The translations under genes were made by a program, and so were the position numbers. Under the pieces are notes generated by a model. It searched no databases. It was not told the DNA's origin and worked only from the letters and a program-made list of their open reading frames with translations. This document shows, one piece after another, positions 19,841 to 29,326 of a DNA stretch of 64,000 nucleotides (position 1 is its first letter; every line of letters starts with the position of its first letter). The DNA comes from an uncultured Rhodospirillaceae bacterium. Lineage in GTDB: Bacteria; Pseudomonadota; Alphaproteobacteria; Rhodospirillales; UBA2165. Where the stretch lies: contig CAJWAR010000009.1 in NCBI GenBank assembly GCA_913020445.1, positions 23,605 to 87,604 on the forward strand, read 5' to 3'.

Positions 19841-20980
19841 ATGATATCCGCCGACGACTTCATTATCCCGGCCCATGAACGTGGTTATGATTTTTACACC
19901 GGTGTGCCGTGTTCGTTTTTAACGCCGTTTATCAATCGGGCAATTTTATCGGATAAAACAGATTATGTTGGTGCTGCCAGCGAAGGTGAGGCGGTCGCAA
20001 TCGCCGCCGGGGCTTGGCTGGCCGGACGCAAAACTATCGTCATGTGTCAAAATTCAGGGCTTGGCAATTGCGTTAATCCTATCACCTCGCTTAATTTTCC
20101 GTTTCGCATCCCAACCTTACTTATCACCACCTGGCGTGGTCAGCCGGGACTGAAAGATGAGCCGCAGCACGAACTAATGGGCCCGATCACCCAGTCTTTG
20201 ATGGAGCTCATGCGGGTTCAATGTAAGACTTTTCCAAGCGAGAAGGCGCAAATATCCGGTACTTTGGATGCGGCGGAGAAAGTGATAGCGGAATCCAATT
20301 TGCCATTTGGTTTTATCATGGAAAAAGGCGCTGTCGGACCGGAAGAACTGGATCAAGCGCCGACAGAACCAAAGCCGCCGGGTTCTAACCAAGATTTACG
20401 TTCCGGCACGATTGACGCCAACCGCTATCAAACTTTGGAGAAAACACTTGAGATTGTCTCCGATGAAACGGCTCTGATTGCTACCACCGGAAAATGCGGG
20501 CGGGAATTGTTCACCATAGCCGACCGGCCCCAGCATTTCTATCAAGTGGGCTCGATGGGTGGTGCGTCCGGCATGGGCCTCGGCGTCGCGCTCAACACGG
20601 ACAAACCGGTGGTCGTCTTGGATGGTGATGGGGCGGCGCTGATGAAAATGGGCAGTCTCGCCACCATCGGCGCTTACGCACCTGATAACCTTACCCACGT
20701 GGTGCTCGATAACGGTGTCCACGATTCAACCGGCGGTCAGGCCACCGTCAGCCCGCATGTTGATTTTGCTCAAGTGGCTTTGGCTTGCGGCTTCCGCCAT
20801 GCCGCAACGACTGATAATTTGTCGGGTTTTGGCGAAGCGCTTTCTATGGCAAGCGAAAATGACGGCCCATCGCTCATTCATGCCAAGATCACGACGGGCT
20901 CGATTGACAATTTAGGCCGGCCTACAGTCAAACCGCAAGACGTCGCCCACCGCTTTCGGAAGTTCATAACCGGCACTTAG
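19841..20980 (+). CDS. ppd: Phosphonopyruvate decarboxylase
   Basis: GVPCS, EGEAVA, QNSGLGN, DEPQH, VGSMG, TPP motif DGDGAALM..NGVHDSTGGQ; 7 bp after pepM. Confidence 0.95.
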   Translation: MISADDFIIPAHERGYDFYTGVPCSFLTPFINRAILSDKTDYVGAASEGEAVAIAAGAWLAGRKTIVMCQNSGLGNCVNPITSLNFPFRIPTLLITTWRGQPGLKDEPQHELMGPITQSLMELMRVQCKTFPSEKAQISGTLDAAEKVIAESNLPFGFIMEKGAVGPEELDQAPTEPKPPGSNQDLRSGTIDANRYQTLEKTLEIVSDETALIATTGKCGRELFTIADRPQHFYQVGSMGGASGMGLGVALNTDKPVVVLDGDGAALMKMGSLATIGAYAPDNLTHVVLDNGVHDSTGGQATVSPHVDFAQVALACGFRHAATTDNLSGFGEALSMASENDGPSLIHAKITTGSIDNLGRPTVKPQDVAHRFRKFITGT

Positions 20981-20981
20981 A

Positions 20982-22091
20982 TTAATTAACGCCCATTTCT
21001 TCGATAACCTCGCCAACAGCCTTAACCGCGTTTTCGATATCTGATTTGGTTATATGGCCGATGCAGCCGACGCGGAAACTATCAACTTTGGTCAGTTTGC
21101 CCGGATATATGGCGAAGCCACGTCCCTGCAGCCTGGTATAAAACTCATCAAAGTCAAAGTTTTCATCACTCGGCATATGAAAGGTTACAATAATTGGTGC
21201 CTGCAGATTATCAGATAGATAGGTTTTAAACCCAAGGGCCCGCATGCCACTCACCAGCGCCTGGCAGTTTTCCTGATAGCGCCGTCCCCGACCTTCAACG
21301 CCTCCCTCCTGCTCATGTTCGGCCAACGCCTGATCAAGGGCGGCAAGTACATGGGTCGGCGGGGTAAAGCGCCATTGGCCGGTCTTTACCAAATTTTGCC
21401 ATTGGTCATAGAGATCAAGACTCAACGATGTCGCATTTCCCTCTGATGCCGCCAGCTCGCTTTGCTTGATGATTGCAAAACCGGCACCAGGCACGCCCTC
21501 CAGACATTTATTAGCGGATGCCACAACAGCAGCGCATTCGATGTCACCAACGTTCAACGGCAGCGCGCCAAACGTGCTCATGGCATCTATAATGAGCTGC
21601 CGATTTTCGCGGGCAACCACCGCAGCTATTTCTTCAATCGGATTTAGTATCCCCGACGTTGTTTCACAGTGAACGGCGGCGACATGGGTGATAGCCGGAT
21701 CATCTTTCAAACATGCGCCTATCTGATCCGCTTGCGGCGGTGTGTCTTCAGCGGTTTCAAGCGTCACAAAGCTGCGGCCATTAACCTCACAGATTTTTGC
21801 CATACGTTGGCCATAAGCGCCGTTGATGAGTACCAGGACCTTGCCGTCTCGCGGCACCAGGGTATCAATCGTGGCTTCGACGGCGAAGGTGCCGCTGCCT
21901 TGGACCGGCACGCAAACATGTGAAGGAGAAACTGGATTAACTCCGGCAATCGCCGCCAGCTTTTGACATACCCGCGCAGTCAGCTCAATGAATTGAGCAT
22001 CCCGAGACCCCCAGTCACGGAGCATGGCCTCTTTGGTTTTTTTCGACGTCGTCAAAGGCCCCGGGGTCAAAAGCAGCGGTTCATCCGACAT
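20982..22091 (-). CDS. phnW: 2-aminoethylphosphonate:pyruvate transaminase (AepZ/PhnW family)
   Basis: LLTPGPLTTS, DWGSRD, GSGTFAVE, HCETTSG, DAMS, SANKCLEGVPG, QWRFTPP, IYPGKL. Confidence 0.93.
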   Translation of the reverse strand: MSDEPLLLTPGPLTTSKKTKEAMLRDWGSRDAQFIELTARVCQKLAAIAGVNPVSPSHVCVPVQGSGTFAVEATIDTLVPRDGKVLVLINGAYGQRMAKICEVNGRSFVTLETAEDTPPQADQIGACLKDDPAITHVAAVHCETTSGILNPIEEIAAVVARENRQLIIDAMSTFGALPLNVGDIECAAVVASANKCLEGVPGAGFAIIKQSELAASEGNATSLSLDLYDQWQNLVKTGQWRFTPPTHVLAALDQALAEHEQEGGVEGRGRRYQENCQALVSGMRALGFKTYLSDNLQAPIIVTFHMPSDENFDFDEFYTRLQGRGFAIYPGKLTKVDSFRVGCIGHITKSDIENAVKAVGEVIEEMGVN

Positions 22092-22147
22092 TTACACATC
22101 CGTTCATTTGTGTTGATTTATTTATACCATTTTGGGGAGATTGCACC

Positions 22148-22744
22148 ATTAGCCACAATACTTGGATACATCGATTTGTCACCATTGGCGTTCGGCCATT
22201 CGTCAATACCGCCATAACGCCCAATCAGATTACGACAGTTCGGCTCGCCACCGGTATCGGTGCTGCGGCGTGTTTCGCCGTGGGCGAGGAAATGTGGTCG
22301 ATGATCGGCAGTGGTGTATTTGTTGTGTCTATGCTGCTTGATCGAGCCGATGGTATTTTGGCGCGGCTTTCGGGCAAAACCTCACCCGGCGGCCATAAAT
22401 TCGATCTGGTAGCGGATTCGTTTTCCAACTCGCTGGCATTTGTCGGCATTGGTATTGGCCTACGCAGCAGCCCTCTTGGCGAATTGGCAATTCCACTTGG
22501 CATCCTCGCCGGCCTCGCCATTACGGCTGTCCTGTGGTTGGTCATGCGCGCCGAAGAACAGGAAGGCAGCCGGGCTGCCGAGCTGGGGGGCACCGCAGGC
22601 TTTGATCCTGATGACGCGATGCTCGCCGTTCCGGTCGCCGTGTTGCTTGGTTGGGGCACGGAGCTGATTGTCGCGGCGGCTTTCGGCGCGTCACTTTTCG
22701 CTGTCTTTTTCTATTTTAAGTTCCGCCGATTTTTAGGGCGCTAA
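22148..22744 (+). CDS. CDP-alcohol phosphotransferase 1
   Basis: DRADGILAR..G..FDLVAD full motif; the frame extends upstream of the track's GTG to ATT 22148 (SHNTWIHR..TPNQIT), preceded by GGGGAG. Confidence 0.85.
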   Translation: MSHNTWIHRFVTIGVRPFVNTAITPNQITTVRLATGIGAAACFAVGEEMWSMIGSGVFVVSMLLDRADGILARLSGKTSPGGHKFDLVADSFSNSLAFVGIGIGLRSSPLGELAIPLGILAGLAITAVLWLVMRAEEQEGSRAAELGGTAGFDPDDAMLAVPVAVLLGWGTELIVAAAFGASLFAVFFYFKFRRFLGR

Positions 22745-23353
22745 TCGAAAATAGGTCCAAATTGTCCATAGACAATAAATTGTTGCGCCAATACCGGCAG
22801 CGACAAAAAAAGGTGTTAGAAATCCGAACCACGTCACCGGTGCAAGCAAATAGATACCATCCTCAAGCTCAAACCCCGCGAAACCGGGATAGCCGACCGC
22901 TTCACCATCGCCCAATTCTTCTGAGCGTTGATCGATACCAAGATTTGAGAAAAGCGAAACTAACGCCGATGCCGCCCCGGCAGCTCCCAGCACTAAGGCC
23001 CAAATTCCAAGCTCCCCTTGCCAATGACCAATCCCGAGCCCGATAAAAAGCGCGGCATAGCCAATACCACCAGCAGCATAATCGAAGTAGTAGCCAAAGC
23101 TTGAAGTGGACCCCTGAAGGCGCGCCAGTTCACCATCAAAATGATCGAAGAATCGCGCCAGCACAAAAAGACCCGCCGCCCAATTGACGTTGATCTCGCC
23201 ACCAATCGCAAATAGCACGCCCGCCCCAAGGGTCATTATAAGTGTAAGTCCGGTAATGTGATTGGGGCGAATAGGTGACGGGCCAAGCAGTCGCACCATA
23301 ATTCGAGCAAGACGCTGATCGTAGGGGATTTTGGTCTTTTGATCTTGTGCCAT
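22733..23353 (-). CDS. CDP-alcohol phosphotransferase 2 (last motif Asp replaced by Gly)
   Basis: RPNHIT, DHFDGELAR..GYYFDYAAG. Confidence 0.85.
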   Translation of the reverse strand: MAQDQKTKIPYDQRLARIMVRLLGPSPIRPNHITGLTLIMTLGAGVLFAIGGEINVNWAAGLFVLARFFDHFDGELARLQGSTSSFGYYFDYAAGGIGYAALFIGLGIGHWQGELGIWALVLGAAGAASALVSLFSNLGIDQRSEELGDGEAVGYPGFAGFELEDGIYLLAPVTWFGFLTPFFVAAGIGATIYCLWTIWTYFRLAP

Positions 23354-23430
23354 AGGCCAAAGTGTTAAAGTAGTTCCGTTGTGTCAAGTTTGCGATAAAC
23401 TTAAGGCACACCAATAACAGGCAGACAATT

Positions 23431-26049
23431 TTGAGTACAAATGCCACATCCCAGTTTGCGAACGCCATTGGCCGAAGGATTGGCCTATGGGTTGGACTGG
23501 TGTGTCGTAACGCATTCTGGGCGATCTTGCTTTCGTTTATTGCGACAATCGCACTTTTTTATGTCTCAGTTACTGAGATCGATATTAGTACCGACACCTC
23601 CGATATGTTATCGCCTGATTTGCCTTTTCGGCAAAACTCAATCGCTCTTAGCGAGGCTTTCCCCCAATTCTCAGACAATATAGTTGTGGTGATCGATGGC
23701 GGGAACGCAGATTTGGTAAACGAAGCCGCCGATCAAGTTACCGCTCAGCTGCGCCTTGAACCCAATTTATTCGGTGGGGTGTTTGATCCAGCTGACCTGA
23801 CTTATTTTCAACGCAACGGCTTGCTCTATCTTGAAATGGATGAATTGGAAGAGCTGTCCGACCGCCTCATCACAGCGCAGCCCTTTATAGGTACTCTTTG
23901 GAAAAACCCGACCCTTCTCGGTTTGTTCGATTTGTTGAGCTTGTTTTTAAAAGAAGGAAATAATAATTCCGAACTCCTCGGTGAGGCGCGACCGATGATC
24001 AGCAGCATCACCGATATTGTATTGGCGCAAGTTGCTGGAAAATCGGATCGGCTATCCTGGCGCAGCATTATCTCAGGCAGTAATTCTGAGCACCCAACAC
24101 GGGTGATTGTCGTGCAACCAAAAACGGATTTTGGTTCCTTACAGCCGGGTGCTGAGGCGATAAAGCGCCTGCGCGAAATTAGCTTGGAATTAAAATTGAA
24201 ACAAAGATTCGATGCGCGGCTGCGCCTCACGGGCTCGGTTCCGTTGGCTGAAGAAGAGTTGGAAAGTGTCGTGGATGGTTTAGGGTTGGCGGGTATTCTA
24301 TCTCTGACACTTGTCCTTATCTTACTTTTCTGGGGACTGAAGTCTGTGCGCCTGGTCTTAGCGACGCTGATCACTTTGATTTTCGGTCTGGTGTGGACGG
24401 CGGGTTTCGCCGCGCTGGCCGTTGGTACGCTCAACCTAATATCGGTGGCCTTTGCTGTTTTATTTATCGGGCTGAGCGTCGATTTCGGTATTCACTTTGC
24501 GTTACGCTACCGCGAGATATCAAGTAGCCCTGCGGACGCTCTTGCCAGCGCCGCCCAGCGAGTTGGTGGTGCTTTAAGCCTATCAGCAGTGGCCGCGGCA
24601 ATAGGTTTTTTCTCGTTTCTGCCAACCGATTATATTGGCCTCGCAGAATTGGGCCTGATAGCCGGTGGTGGTATGTTCATAGCCCTTTTTGCCAATCTCA
24701 CGCTTCTACCCGCATTAATATATTTAATGCCGCCCAAGCAGCTCGAAACGGTGTCACCGGCTACCAAATTATTTCACACCAAAACTCATCGGCCTATCAT
24801 CGGCGCGGCTATCCTCCTCGCCATTCTATCTTTGTTTATCGCCCCCAAAGTTCTCTTCGATTTTGATCCGCTGAATTTAAAGGATACCCGCACGGAATCC
24901 GTTTCGACATTCTTTGATCTTATGAGAGAAGGAAATGGCAGTCCTTACGGTATTACGATCCTCGCCAAAGACTTAAAAACCGCTGATCAGTTGACCATAC
25001 GGGCAAAAAAGCTAGCAGAAGTGGACAGTGTCGTAACGCTATCCAGCTTGATACCAAAAGAGCAAGATGACAAGCTCACCATAATTGATAATCTCGCACT
25101 TATTCTGGGGCCCGCCCTAACGGGTTCGCCCAATTCGACCTCATCAACGGAATCCGAACGATTGAAGGTAACTGTAAACCTGCAAAATGAAATTCGAGCT
25201 TTTGGACAGACAGCGGTCAAATCCGAATTGTCCATTGCGGTGACCAGCTTTGGTACGGCTCTCGACAGACTTTTAACATCGACAAACCCTGACCACGCCT
25301 TGGTAGAATTGGAGCAACGTCTGCTGGCCAGCCTGCCCGGTCAGTTGTCGCGTCTAAAAGCATCCCTCAATGCAGAGCCAGTTACCTTGAAGGACCTTCC
25401 GAAAGTCCTGCGCTCCCGCCAAATGTCAGCCGATGGCAGCGTCAAAGTCGAGATTAACCCGAAAGGCAATATGCGCGACCGTCAGGAATTGGCAACTTTT
25501 GTTGCGGCAGTTCGTAAAATTGCCCCGGCGGCAACAGGAACGCCTGTTGTCATATTGGATGCCGGCAATACAGTCATCCAGGCATTTGTCGAAGCGGCGG
25601 CCATTACCTTCGTCCTGATAGTTATTATGGTCATTGCCCTAACACGCAGCATCCGAGAAATTGTACTTATTATCGCGCCCCTCCTTTTGGCGGCCATTTT
25701 CACATTGGCAGCTTCTGTAGTGCTAAATCTGCCGTTCAATTTTGCCAATGTCATCGTGTTACCGCTGTTGTTTGGGCTCGGAATTGCCGGTTCAATCCAT
25801 CTTGTCCTTAGAGATCGGGATCAGAGCGACAGTGACAATCAAAACGTCATGGCAACGTCCACGCCACGCGCCGTGGTCTTTAGTGCCTTAACCACCATCG
25901 GCTCTTTTGGCAGTATTGCGCTTTCCAGCCATCCCGGCACATCGAGCATGGGCGTACTGCTCACCATTGCCATTACGTTATCCCTGATCTGCACCTTGAT
26001 AGTTCTGCCGGCTCTGCTGACGGCTTGGCCGAAAGCAGGTGCCAAATGA
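23431..26049 (+). CDS. hpnN: Hopanoid RND/MMPL transporter HpnN
   Basis: DMLSPDLPFR, GLSVDFGIH, FNFANVIVLPLLFGLG, SSHPGTSSMG; two MMPL halves. Confidence 0.9.
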   Translation: MSTNATSQFANAIGRRIGLWVGLVCRNAFWAILLSFIATIALFYVSVTEIDISTDTSDMLSPDLPFRQNSIALSEAFPQFSDNIVVVIDGGNADLVNEAADQVTAQLRLEPNLFGGVFDPADLTYFQRNGLLYLEMDELEELSDRLITAQPFIGTLWKNPTLLGLFDLLSLFLKEGNNNSELLGEARPMISSITDIVLAQVAGKSDRLSWRSIISGSNSEHPTRVIVVQPKTDFGSLQPGAEAIKRLREISLELKLKQRFDARLRLTGSVPLAEEELESVVDGLGLAGILSLTLVLILLFWGLKSVRLVLATLITLIFGLVWTAGFAALAVGTLNLISVAFAVLFIGLSVDFGIHFALRYREISSSPADALASAAQRVGGALSLSAVAAAIGFFSFLPTDYIGLAELGLIAGGGMFIALFANLTLLPALIYLMPPKQLETVSPATKLFHTKTHRPIIGAAILLAILSLFIAPKVLFDFDPLNLKDTRTESVSTFFDLMREGNGSPYGITILAKDLKTADQLTIRAKKLAEVDSVVTLSSLIPKEQDDKLTIIDNLALILGPALTGSPNSTSSTESERLKVTVNLQNEIRAFGQTAVKSELSIAVTSFGTALDRLLTSTNPDHALVELEQRLLASLPGQLSRLKASLNAEPVTLKDLPKVLRSRQMSADGSVKVEINPKGNMRDRQELATFVAAVRKIAPAATGTPVVILDAGNTVIQAFVEAAAITFVLIVIMVIALTRSIREIVLIIAPLLLAAIFTLAASVVLNLPFNFANVIVLPLLFGLGIAGSIHLVLRDRDQSDSDNQNVMATSTPRAVVFSALTTIGSFGSIALSSHPGTSSMGVLLTIAITLSLICTLIVLPALLTAWPKAGAK

Positions 26050-26681
26050 ATCCCTTTTTTCCACTGATTAGGCGTTTCTCAAACCCGGTCAGCAGAGTGC
26101 TGATTAGGTTACCAATCACACCAAATCAAATATCCATCGCATCTTTAATTTTTGGCTTAGCCGGGTGTTTTTATATTAGTCGTAATAATTTTGATGACCA
26201 GCTCCTCGGTAGCTTTCTATTTATTGTTGGATATATATTCGACAACTGTGACGGGGAAGTTGCGCGGCATAAAAATCTGGCCACTGATTTGGGCAGAAAA
26301 TTGGATTCCTTTGTCGATTGGATAGTTCATGCTGTTTTTTTTATTGCTCTCGGCTATGGCATTGCCCGAGAAGCCCAGGATAATATTTGGCTCTGGCTTG
26401 GCCTCATGGGAGGTCTCGGCAGCACGATAAATTACAGTTTGGGTATTTTTCTGGACGACCCAAACGCCTCGCAGGATTTAGTGGCCGCCTCACAACCGGA
26501 AACGATAAAGGATTATATAATATTTGTTTTCCGCGAGCTATTCCGCGCGGATTTTTGCTTTATTGTCCTATTGCTAACTCTATTTGATAATTTGTGGGTA
26601 CTCTTGCCTGCCGCTGCCATTGGTGCACAGGTCTATTGGATTTTATATTTAACGTCCCGCGATAAAAACTATCATGTATAG
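26046..26681 (+). CDS. CDP-alcohol phosphotransferase 3
   Basis: TPNQIS, DNCDGEVAR..GRKLDSFVD full motif; ATGA overlap with the hpnN stop. Confidence 0.87.
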   Translation: MNPFFPLIRRFSNPVSRVLIRLPITPNQISIASLIFGLAGCFYISRNNFDDQLLGSFLFIVGYIFDNCDGEVARHKNLATDLGRKLDSFVDWIVHAVFFIALGYGIAREAQDNIWLWLGLMGGLGSTINYSLGIFLDDPNASQDLVAASQPETIKDYIIFVFRELFRADFCFIVLLLTLFDNLWVLLPAAAIGAQVYWILYLTSRDKNYHV

Positions 26682-26717
26682 AGCCGATTACAGATTGCGA
26701 AAAACTGGGCAAGCCAG

Positions 26718-27710
26718 ATGAAGATTTTTAAAATAATTTTTTTTGTTGTCGGCTTGGCGCTCTTGGGGTGGGTTATTCAGCAGACCGATATCGCCGAGAC
26801 ATTAGAACTCGTCAGCCAGATCGGTTTTGGCTTTCTGCTTGTGCTATTTTTTTATTTTCTGGCCTTCCTGTTTGATTCACTAACCTGGCAGATGACCGTT
26901 ATTTCAGCGCCGCTGACGCCTAAATGGCTCTATCGTTTTTTTCATATGCGGCTAGCTGGTGAAGCATTTAACAACACCTTGCCTGCCGCCAGCATGGGCG
27001 GTGAACCGGTAAAAGCCGTGCTGCTCAAAAACCACTATGGGTTCAATTATCGAGAAGGCGTGGCTTCGATTATTCTCGCTCGCACAATTAATTCCATTGC
27101 TCTCATTCTGTTCCTAGTTGCCGGTATATTCTTGATGCTTGATAGCGCGATACTTGATGAGAAATATATTTCGATCGCCGGCACCGGTTTGGTGGTGCTC
27201 ACCATACTTATATTTCTGTTTTTTGCCGTTCAGCGTTTCAAGCTCGCCAGCTTAACCAGCGCTGCCCTTAGCAAAAACACCTGGTTCCGGAGGCTAGATG
27301 GCGTCCTCCACCACATTCAAGATGTCGATGAAAAACTGGTCGAGTTTTATACCGCCCATCACGCACGCGCCGGCTTTGCATTTGTATTGGCTTTTATAAA
27401 TTGGGTGTTGGGGGTCGTGGAGATATACGTCACCATGTTTTTTCTCGGCCACCCGGTTTCAATGACCGAGGCTTGGATTATCGAGGCGGTTGCCCAATTG
27501 GTGCGCGCCGCGACATTTGTTATCCCGGCAAGCATCGGCGCTCAAGAAGGTGCTTTTATGATCATTGGCGCTGCGGTCACCGGTTCGCCGACAGTCGGTT
27601 TTGCAGTAGCACTTGTCAGACGCGCGCGCGAGATCATTTGGATTGGTTGGGGTATGGCGGCTTTCTACGTTGCCAAACCCGATATCACTCAAATTGAAAA
27701 AGAAACTTAA
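26718..27710 (+). CDS. Lysylphosphatidylglycerol-synthase-TM / HpnL-like flippase-type membrane protein
   Basis: AGEAFNNTLPAASMGGEPVK, FVIPASIGAQEG, LVRRAREI; multi-pass membrane protein. Confidence 0.8.
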   Translation: MKIFKIIFFVVGLALLGWVIQQTDIAETLELVSQIGFGFLLVLFFYFLAFLFDSLTWQMTVISAPLTPKWLYRFFHMRLAGEAFNNTLPAASMGGEPVKAVLLKNHYGFNYREGVASIILARTINSIALILFLVAGIFLMLDSAILDEKYISIAGTGLVVLTILIFLFFAVQRFKLASLTSAALSKNTWFRRLDGVLHHIQDVDEKLVEFYTAHHARAGFAFVLAFINWVLGVVEIYVTMFFLGHPVSMTEAWIIEAVAQLVRAATFVIPASIGAQEGAFMIIGAAVTGSPTVGFAVALVRRAREIIWIGWGMAAFYVAKPDITQIEKET

Positions 27711-27712
27711 AG

Positions 27713-28336
27713 TCAGTTGGCGATTAACTGATCGGCCTTTTTATTGAGGGCCGAGGCCAAAGCACCTGCCCCTTTGGTTTTTAAAGTTGAACGGTATTCG
27801 GAATGCTTTACCGCCAATTCGCTGATCCCACCATCCAGAAGGACATCAACAATCTTCCACATCCCCTTAATATTCTTAGTCACGTAAGTAAGTTTGACTA
27901 CCTTCTCCCGTTTCGCCTTTTTCTTCGGCGGACTGACGATCTGAGTGTGGACAAGTTTTGTCTGACGCGGCCCCTCTCTTGCCTTGAGCGTTTCAAAGCG
28001 TTGGCCGGAATAGTCGTTAAACCGAAAAGCGTAAGTAGCAATGCTTATGCGCCGAAAGGCTTTTAATAGCAGACTTTTATGCTCGACACTCGCTTTACGC
28101 CAAGCCGTACCGGAAGCTACCTTGATCATAAAACCAAGATCGAACGCCGTGATAATGGCCGGTTCAAGTTTAGCGTAGCGCTCTTTCGCAGTTAATTTTT
28201 CCGCTTCCTTCATCACCTCTAAAAGAACCGCATGAAAACTCTCAATAACTTTGGTTGGTGGAATATTCTCGGCAGCACTTGCGGTCGCATTTATGGCTAA
28301 AGCAAGGATCAAAATCAGCACCCTAGCTTGCTTCAT
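27713..28336 (-). CDS. hpnM: MlaC/Ttg2D-family periplasmic lipid carrier HpnM
   Basis: Signal peptide, FHAVLLEVMK, AFDL..M, WKIVDVLLDGGISELAVKHSEY. Confidence 0.8.
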   Translation of the reverse strand: MKQARVLILILALAINATASAAENIPPTKVIESFHAVLLEVMKEAEKLTAKERYAKLEPAIITAFDLGFMIKVASGTAWRKASVEHKSLLLKAFRRISIATYAFRFNDYSGQRFETLKAREGPRQTKLVHTQIVSPPKKKAKREKVVKLTYVTKNIKGMWKIVDVLLDGGISELAVKHSEYRSTLKTKGAGALASALNKKADQLIAN

Positions 28337-28348
28337 TTGGGCGGCGCC

Positions 28349-29155
28349 TCAAGAACCGGATTTTTTAAATGGAATAACCGGTGAATAACTATCTAGCATG
28401 TCATCATGGGCCTGCAGGATCCTCTCGATCTCTGCGGAGATGCGATTACAGCCATCGATCAACCGGCTCGTAATCGATTCATCTATTTCTTTATCCGTCC
28501 CTAAAACGACATGGGTGAGGCTGCCAATTACGGTTTTTTCATCAGCAAATATCGCCGTTCCTACACCTATGGCACCCGGATCTACTTCACCCCTGGAAAT
28601 GCAATAACCCAACTGACGCATCTCTGCCAAATGCCTTTTGAAATCTTCCCATTCTTCTCCAAGGCCCGCCTTGGCAATCTCAATGCGGTGATTGAGAAAT
28701 AGTTTCACCAGCCGGCGCTCCGGCAGATTAGCGAGAATTATTTTGGCGGTTGCGCCATAGAACAATGGCATCGGGCGGCCCCGCGTATAGCTCACGATAA
28801 AATCGGAAATCAATGGCTCCTGATGAATACAGAGAACTTTGTCACCATAAAGACTGCTTAACAGCAGCACGCCGTCACCAAATTCGTCAAGTAAATCCGG
28901 CATGATATTTTGCGCCGCTATCAGCAGCGGGTCGGTATTCCTGATCAGGCGGTCAAACTCAATAAAACGAGGGCCCAATACATGCGCGCCTTTACCGATG
29001 GAGATTAACAGACCTGAATCGCAGAGTTCTTTGACATAACGGTAGGCGGTTGAGCGTGCATAGCCAGTCTCGCGCGTGATTTCCTCAAGCGTCCAAATCG
29101 GCTCCGCTTCGGAGTAGAGATCAAGAATACTTAGCAGACGTTCTAGACTGGACAT
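28349..29155 (-). CDS. IclR-family transcriptional regulator
   Basis: N-terminal HTH (RSTAYRYV), GATAKIILA, GYCISRGEV. Confidence 0.88.
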   Translation of the reverse strand: MSSLERLLSILDLYSEAEPIWTLEEITRETGYARSTAYRYVKELCDSGLLISIGKGAHVLGPRFIEFDRLIRNTDPLLIAAQNIMPDLLDEFGDGVLLLSSLYGDKVLCIHQEPLISDFIVSYTRGRPMPLFYGATAKIILANLPERRLVKLFLNHRIEIAKAGLGEEWEDFKRHLAEMRQLGYCISRGEVDPGAIGVGTAIFADEKTVIGSLTHVVLGTDKEIDESITSRLIDGCNRISAEIERILQAHDDMLDSYSPVIPFKKSGS

Positions 29156-29326
29156 TGGATTCCTCGATTATTGTCTGGCTCTACCCTAGCAGAATATTTA
29201 ACTCTCTGCACGTATTGCTAACTATCGGGCCGCGTTGACCGTTCGGGAACGCAATAGTGTAATTTGACATTCAACTTCAATGAATTACCTTTCAAGCTAG
29301 AGGGAACTTTTAAGGATATCATCCAA

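Noticed and set aside
20982-22091. phnW as part of AEP catabolism
   Set aside because: No phnX, phnA or aldehyde dehydrogenase nearby; it abuts pepM-ppd, so a biosynthetic role is more parsimonious
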